Assembly (NCBI GenBank): GCA_963790025.1
Contig: CAWBMP010000004.1
Span: 1,184,001 to 1,248,000, forward strand
Direction: 5' to 3'
DNA: 64,000 bases
From: Nitrospirota bacterium
GTDB taxonomy: Bacteria > Nitrospirota > Thermodesulfovibrionia > Thermodesulfovibrionales > Dissulfurispiraceae
Every line of letters begins with the position of its first letter. The stretch's first letter is position 1. A program made the position numbers and the translations under genes. The notes under the pieces were generated by a model. It was given only the letters and a program-made list of their open reading frames with translations, searched no databases and had not been told where the DNA came from. This document shows positions 60,029-64,000 of this stretch, piece by piece.

Positions 60029-61717
60029 ATGCGGGTGTCTATTTCTCGTGGGATCCTCCCTATCAAAGGATCGGAAGTGCCGACAGATATCATGGCCGGC
60101 CTCACGCTGGCTGCCCTTGCCATTCCGGAGGTCATGGGCTACACGAAGATCGCAGGCACTCCGGTGATCACCGGTCTTTACACAATCCTCATTCCCATGA
60201 CTCTTTTCGCGTTCTTCGGTTCATCCCGTCACCTGGTGGTGGGCGCTGACTCTGCCACTGCAGCCATTCTCGCTGGCACACTCACCGGGATGGCTGTGTC
60301 AGGGTCGGCTGAGTGGCTTGCACTGTCGGGCACCCTCGCGTTACTGTTGGCAGTTTTCCTGATCATCGCTTGTATCATTCGACTGGGGTTTCTTGCGGAT
60401 TTCCTGTCGCGCACCGTGCTGGTCGGCTTCCTGACAGGCGTCGGCGTTCAGGTCGCCGTCGGTGAGATTTCAGGCATGTTTGGTATTCCGGGGGGCGGAC
60501 ACAGTCCGGTCCACAAGATCATTATCGATCTTCAGCAGATCAACCAGATAAATTTTTACTCTTTGGCTGTCTCCATTACCGTGCTCGTGCTCATCGTCGG
60601 GTCAAAGAAGATCTCGAAAAAAATACCGGGTGCCCTGATGGCTGTGATTGGCGGCATCGCCGCCAACTCCTTGTTCAATCTTGAAGCTCACGGTGTACAT
60701 GTGCTGGGCAAAATTCCAGGAGGCCTGCCAAAGATCGGGCTGCCAGACGTCCTCTGGGAGAAGGGCCTTGTCTTGAAGTTGCTTCCGGCCGCCTTTTCGA
60801 TGTTTGTAGTCATTCTGGCCCAGAGCGCAGCTACCTCACGGGCTTACGCTTCCCGCTACAACGAGCGCGTTAGCGAAAATGTGGATTTGTTAGGTTTGGG
60901 CCTGGCCAACATAGGAGCTGCGTTATCCGGGACATTTGTAGTGAACGGAAGCCCTACCAAGACCCAGATGGTCGTCAGCGCCGGAGGACGCAGTCAGCTG
61001 GCGCAGCTTGCCACCAGCCTCATTGTCCTTCTCGTTCTGTTGTTCCTTACGGGTCCGCTGGCTAAGATGCCGAATGCCGTCCTTTCAGCAGTGGTTTTCC
61101 TGATTGGCGTCGAATTGATTGACATCAGGGGGATGAGTAATATCTGCATACAGCGCCCGTCGGAATTCTGGGTGGCGTTGATTACTGCCCTTGTGGTGAT
61201 CTTCATCGGCGTCGAGCAGGGCCTTATTCTTGCCATGGTGCTGTCACTTATGGAGCATGTGCGTCGGAGCTACCGGTCGAAAAACGACATAGTAGTGTCT
61301 GACAAGACGGGGGGCTGGCGCTTGCTGCCGGTAACTGAGCCGGAGCAAATGCGGCAGGGGCTTCTGGTGTATCGCTTTGCTCACACGATGTATTACGCTA
61401 ATGCGCAACAACTCTACGATCAGGTTGCCGACCTCTCGAACAGGGCACAGCCCCCGCTGGTCTGGTTCTGTATTGAGGCGGCGGCGGTGGCGGATGTGGA
61501 CTTCACCGCGGCATCAACCCTTCGTGATATCCACGGCATTTTGAAGAGGCAGGGGATCCGGCTTGTGTTTTGCAACGTAATCGACCTCGTCAAGGACGAG
61601 TTTGACAGATATGAGCTCACCGATCTGTTCGGTAATGACGCCTTCTACGGGAGCATCAATTCAGTAATAAGCGCATATGACAAGAGGTCGGATGGCTGCG
61701 AAGACAGAAAATTATAG
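60029..61717 (+). CDS. SulP/SLC26 anion transporter with STAS domain
   Basis: DIMAGLT, PEVMGY, GSSRHL, FLSRTVLVGF, GGRSQLA, STAS YYANA...VDFTA. Confidence 0.93.
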   Translation: MRVSISRGILPIKGSEVPTDIMAGLTLAALAIPEVMGYTKIAGTPVITGLYTILIPMTLFAFFGSSRHLVVGADSATAAILAGTLTGMAVSGSAEWLALSGTLALLLAVFLIIACIIRLGFLADFLSRTVLVGFLTGVGVQVAVGEISGMFGIPGGGHSPVHKIIIDLQQINQINFYSLAVSITVLVLIVGSKKISKKIPGALMAVIGGIAANSLFNLEAHGVHVLGKIPGGLPKIGLPDVLWEKGLVLKLLPAAFSMFVVILAQSAATSRAYASRYNERVSENVDLLGLGLANIGAALSGTFVVNGSPTKTQMVVSAGGRSQLAQLATSLIVLLVLLFLTGPLAKMPNAVLSAVVFLIGVELIDIRGMSNICIQRPSEFWVALITALVVIFIGVEQGLILAMVLSLMEHVRRSYRSKNDIVVSDKTGGWRLLPVTEPEQMRQGLLVYRFAHTMYYANAQQLYDQVADLSNRAQPPLVWFCIEAAAVADVDFTAASTLRDIHGILKRQGIRLVFCNVIDLVKDEFDRYELTDLFGNDAFYGSINSVISAYDKRSDGCEDRKL

Positions 61718-61907
61718 GATAAACTAGAGGAGACAAGAATTGAGCAGTCACTATTCTTGTGCATTATGTGCCATGCCCCTTACGTATTGACTTCTATTAT
61801 GGTCCGACGGTTTATGCTTTTATTTTTCAGACAAGCATGTATATGACTGTGCCCACTCGTTCGTCACGAGCGAAAGAGAGCGACGAACATAAGATGGCCG
61901 CCTGTAT

Positions 61908-62684
61908 TTACTGGACAGGGATCTGCTGAGGTTTTTCGATTTTCGTCCAGTACGCCTCCTTGATCTTCCCGGCCAGCATATCGATGTCGGCAGGCTTGTT
62001 GACGAAATCAAAGGCGCCGAGCTTTGCCGCCTCCTCCCTGTCGCCCTTGGTCTCCCTTCCAGAGAGCATGATAACCTGCATGGCGGGGGAGGATTGTTTT
62101 ACCCTCCTCAGCACCTCAATTCCATCCATCCCCGGCATTCTCAAATCCAGGATCATGATGTCCGGCTTCTCTCTTTGGACAAAACCAATCGTCTCCTCTC
62201 CGCTCGTCGCAACATCTGTCTTCAGGTTCCTCAGGTTCAGCCTCTTTGCAAGAGAGGTCACAAATTCGACCTCGTCATCGACAAGAAGAATCTTGAAGGT
62301 CGAGAAATCGCTTGGGACAATGGAGACACGGCACGGAGCGCGCCTCCCGATTTCTGCATACTTTTCAGGAATGAGGATCATCTCGATCCTATTTTCCTTT
62401 GCGTACTTGACAAACTCTTCCTCGGGAATGCCATCCATGGTGGTGAAGCTCACTCTTATCCCTTTCCCCACTTCAGCAATGATCTTCTCCGCTTCAGACA
62501 GGTAATAGGAAAGCTCACGTCGTGCGGTTTCCTCAGCGTTGGACCCTGCATACTCTGCAATAAGGGCACTGTTGAGCACATGAATGACGTGAAGCTCACC
62601 GCCCGTCGTCTTCGCCCTGAACAATCCATACCTCACAACGTCCTTCGAATTCAACGTGCCATCATAGACCGCCAATATCCTCAT
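61908..62684 (-). CDS. Universal stress protein domain fused to a receiver domain
   Basis: ILAVYDG, LHVIHV, APCRV followed by ILLVDDE, DLRMPG, KP. Confidence 0.85.
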   Translation of the reverse strand: MRILAVYDGTLNSKDVVRYGLFRAKTTGGELHVIHVLNSALIAEYAGSNAEETARRELSYYLSEAEKIIAEVGKGIRVSFTTMDGIPEEEFVKYAKENRIEMILIPEKYAEIGRRAPCRVSIVPSDFSTFKILLVDDEVEFVTSLAKRLNLRNLKTDVATSGEETIGFVQREKPDIMILDLRMPGMDGIEVLRRVKQSSPAMQVIMLSGRETKGDREEAAKLGAFDFVNKPADIDMLAGKIKEAYWTKIEKPQQIPVQ

Positions 62685-62778
62685 GTCAACCTCCTTTAAA
62701 CGCCGTTATATGCCAAATACAAGCACTTCTTTATGAAAACAGCAATTGATTTAGCTTAAAAGCTCTCATTCTTTTCTT

Positions 62779-63444
62779 TTAAATGGCGGCTCCGGTATTG
62801 AGAATAATCACCGCTTCGCCATTTGCGCCCTGTTGGTCAAGGGTCCCGAACAGTTCCCTGCATACTTCGTTGATCGCTTCGACCCTATGATAATCTCCCT
62901 GTCCTGACAACTCCTTCATAGTTCCGTTCGGGACGATCGCAATTCTTATAGTATTATTTGCAGATGAGGTCCTCACGGTAATAGAGCCGCCTTTTTCGAA
63001 ACAATCCATCATCTCTTCAATAATAAAGAAGATGAGCAACTGAAGCATGGACGGGTTGCTGTGAATTAATGATATGTCCCGTTCGAAATCTTTCGTGAAC
63101 TCGACCCTTTTTTGGTAGGCATGTCTCGCCATCAAGGCAACAAGCTCCTCGACAATCTCGTTCACGCTAAAGGAAGAGCATTCGGAGTCCATCCTGTGGG
63201 CAAACCGGTTAAGGAAACCGATCAACTGAAGACCCCTCTCGATCTGGGAGTCGACCGATCGGAGGAACTTGTGAAGTTCGGCAATATCAGGCTTCTTGCT
63301 CATGGAGAGCAAGTCCTGCTGCAGACCGCCCGACTCCTTGATGATTGCAAGATGATTTTTTAATTCATGAGTGAATCCCGCAATGATCCTCCCGATGAAC
63401 CTGAACCGCAACTCCCTCATGCCGGCCGGGCCGTTGTCTCCCAT
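62779..63444 (-). CDS. Sensor-less histidine kinase / phosphotransfer-like protein
   Basis: H-box FTHELKNHLAIIKE; degenerate ATP-binding boxes. Confidence 0.7.
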   Translation of the reverse strand: MGDNGPAGMRELRFRFIGRIIAGFTHELKNHLAIIKESGGLQQDLLSMSKKPDIAELHKFLRSVDSQIERGLQLIGFLNRFAHRMDSECSSFSVNEIVEELVALMARHAYQKRVEFTKDFERDISLIHSNPSMLQLLIFFIIEEMMDCFEKGGSITVRTSSANNTIRIAIVPNGTMKELSGQGDYHRVEAINEVCRELFGTLDQQGANGEAVIILNTGAAI

Positions 63445-63827
63445 TAGACCTCCTTTTCGGATTTATTGCTCTTTGCGTTGTCGATCTTCACTACAAGGTT
63501 CTCAATGTCCACTGGCTTCATGATGCAGTCGAACGCCCCGCTCTCCATCCCCTCGGTGCTTTCCTCGGAGGCCCCGAGCCCAGTCAGCATAATGACTTGG
63601 ATGGATGGGTTGAATTGCTTGATCGTTTTGAGCGCCTCGATGCCGCTCGTGCCCGGCATTCTCAAGTCGAGGAGCATGACATCCGGAGGATCGTTCCTCG
63701 AAAAGGAAATGGCGTCCTCAGCGCAATAGACCGACTTTGCATTGTATCCCCTTATTTGCAGACGTTCCGCAAGCGTTGAAGCGAATTCCATCTCATCATC
63801 AACAATAAGCACCTTTGTCTGCACCAT
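63444..63827 (-). CDS. Single-domain response regulator
   Basis: VLIVDDE, LDLRMPG, MLTG, KP. Confidence 0.93.
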   Translation of the reverse strand: MVQTKVLIVDDEMEFASTLAERLQIRGYNAKSVYCAEDAISFSRNDPPDVMLLDLRMPGTSGIEALKTIKQFNPSIQVIMLTGLGASEESTEGMESGAFDCIMKPVDIENLVVKIDNAKSNKSEKEV

Positions 63828-63838
63828 AAAACCTCCGT

Positions 63839-64000
63839 TTACCCAATCTCCTTGTGGACGGGTATCTCAATCAAAAACAATGTTCCCTTCCCCTCCTCGG
63901 TCTCCACTGTTATCGTCCCCCCGAGTCTGGTTATGATGCCGTAGGATATGGAGAGACCGAGACCCGTCCCTTTTCCTTTCTCTTTTGTCGTGTAGAATGG
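63839..64000 (-). CDS. Histidine kinase C-terminus (partial, runs off the window)
   Basis: [23 protein letters not shown]...GKGTLF. Confidence 0.9.
   Translation of the reverse strand, partial: PFYTTKEKGKGTGLGLSISYGIITRLGGTITVETEEGKGTLFLIEIPVHKEIG

Noticed and set aside
62700..62716. sigma54 promoter upstream of the USP-REC gene
   Set aside because: GG-to-GC spacing is 9 nt rather than the required 10.

Overview
Chromosomal window from a Gram-negative bacterium; gene content suggests Nitrospirota or Desulfobacterota, but that is an inference. 1-22.3 kb is core-like: the tail of a surface-polysaccharide cluster (methyltransferase, AsnB-type amidotransferase, GT4s, gmd), the bamA-skp-lpxD-fabZ-lpxA-lpxI operon, a lipoate ligase, an HD protein, a CooT-like protein, serS, a FliK-like/FlhB-C pair, an HhH-GPD glycosylase and PIN-PhoH. 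22.3-38.8 kb is an accessory region organised around a 987-bp HUH/Y1 (RAYT-like) element with 28-bp imperfect inverted ends (core TGGGGTCAGGCTTGC). Its ends occur six times in one orientation and split the region into three unrelated cargo blocks: a Schlafen+HEPN defence-like pair; an OMP and radical SAM block; and an HMA2/LbH/dioxygenase-pirin block. One copy carries an IS1202-family IS with a 16-bp target duplication. 38.8-64 kb holds an atypical P-II gene with a sigma54 promoter, a UGA-interrupted (probable selenocysteine) OsmC-like gene, beta-propellers, MltC, an HK-RR-GGDEF module and three Hsp20 genes. It also holds an aconitase/citrate synthase/SSADH/ThDP-enzyme operon (probable 2-oxoglutarate decarboxylase bypass), a tRNA-Pro 3'-end att-like scar, SulP and two-component genes. 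No CRISPR array, rRNA or full-length tRNA was seen. All family calls come from motif recognition, not database searches.
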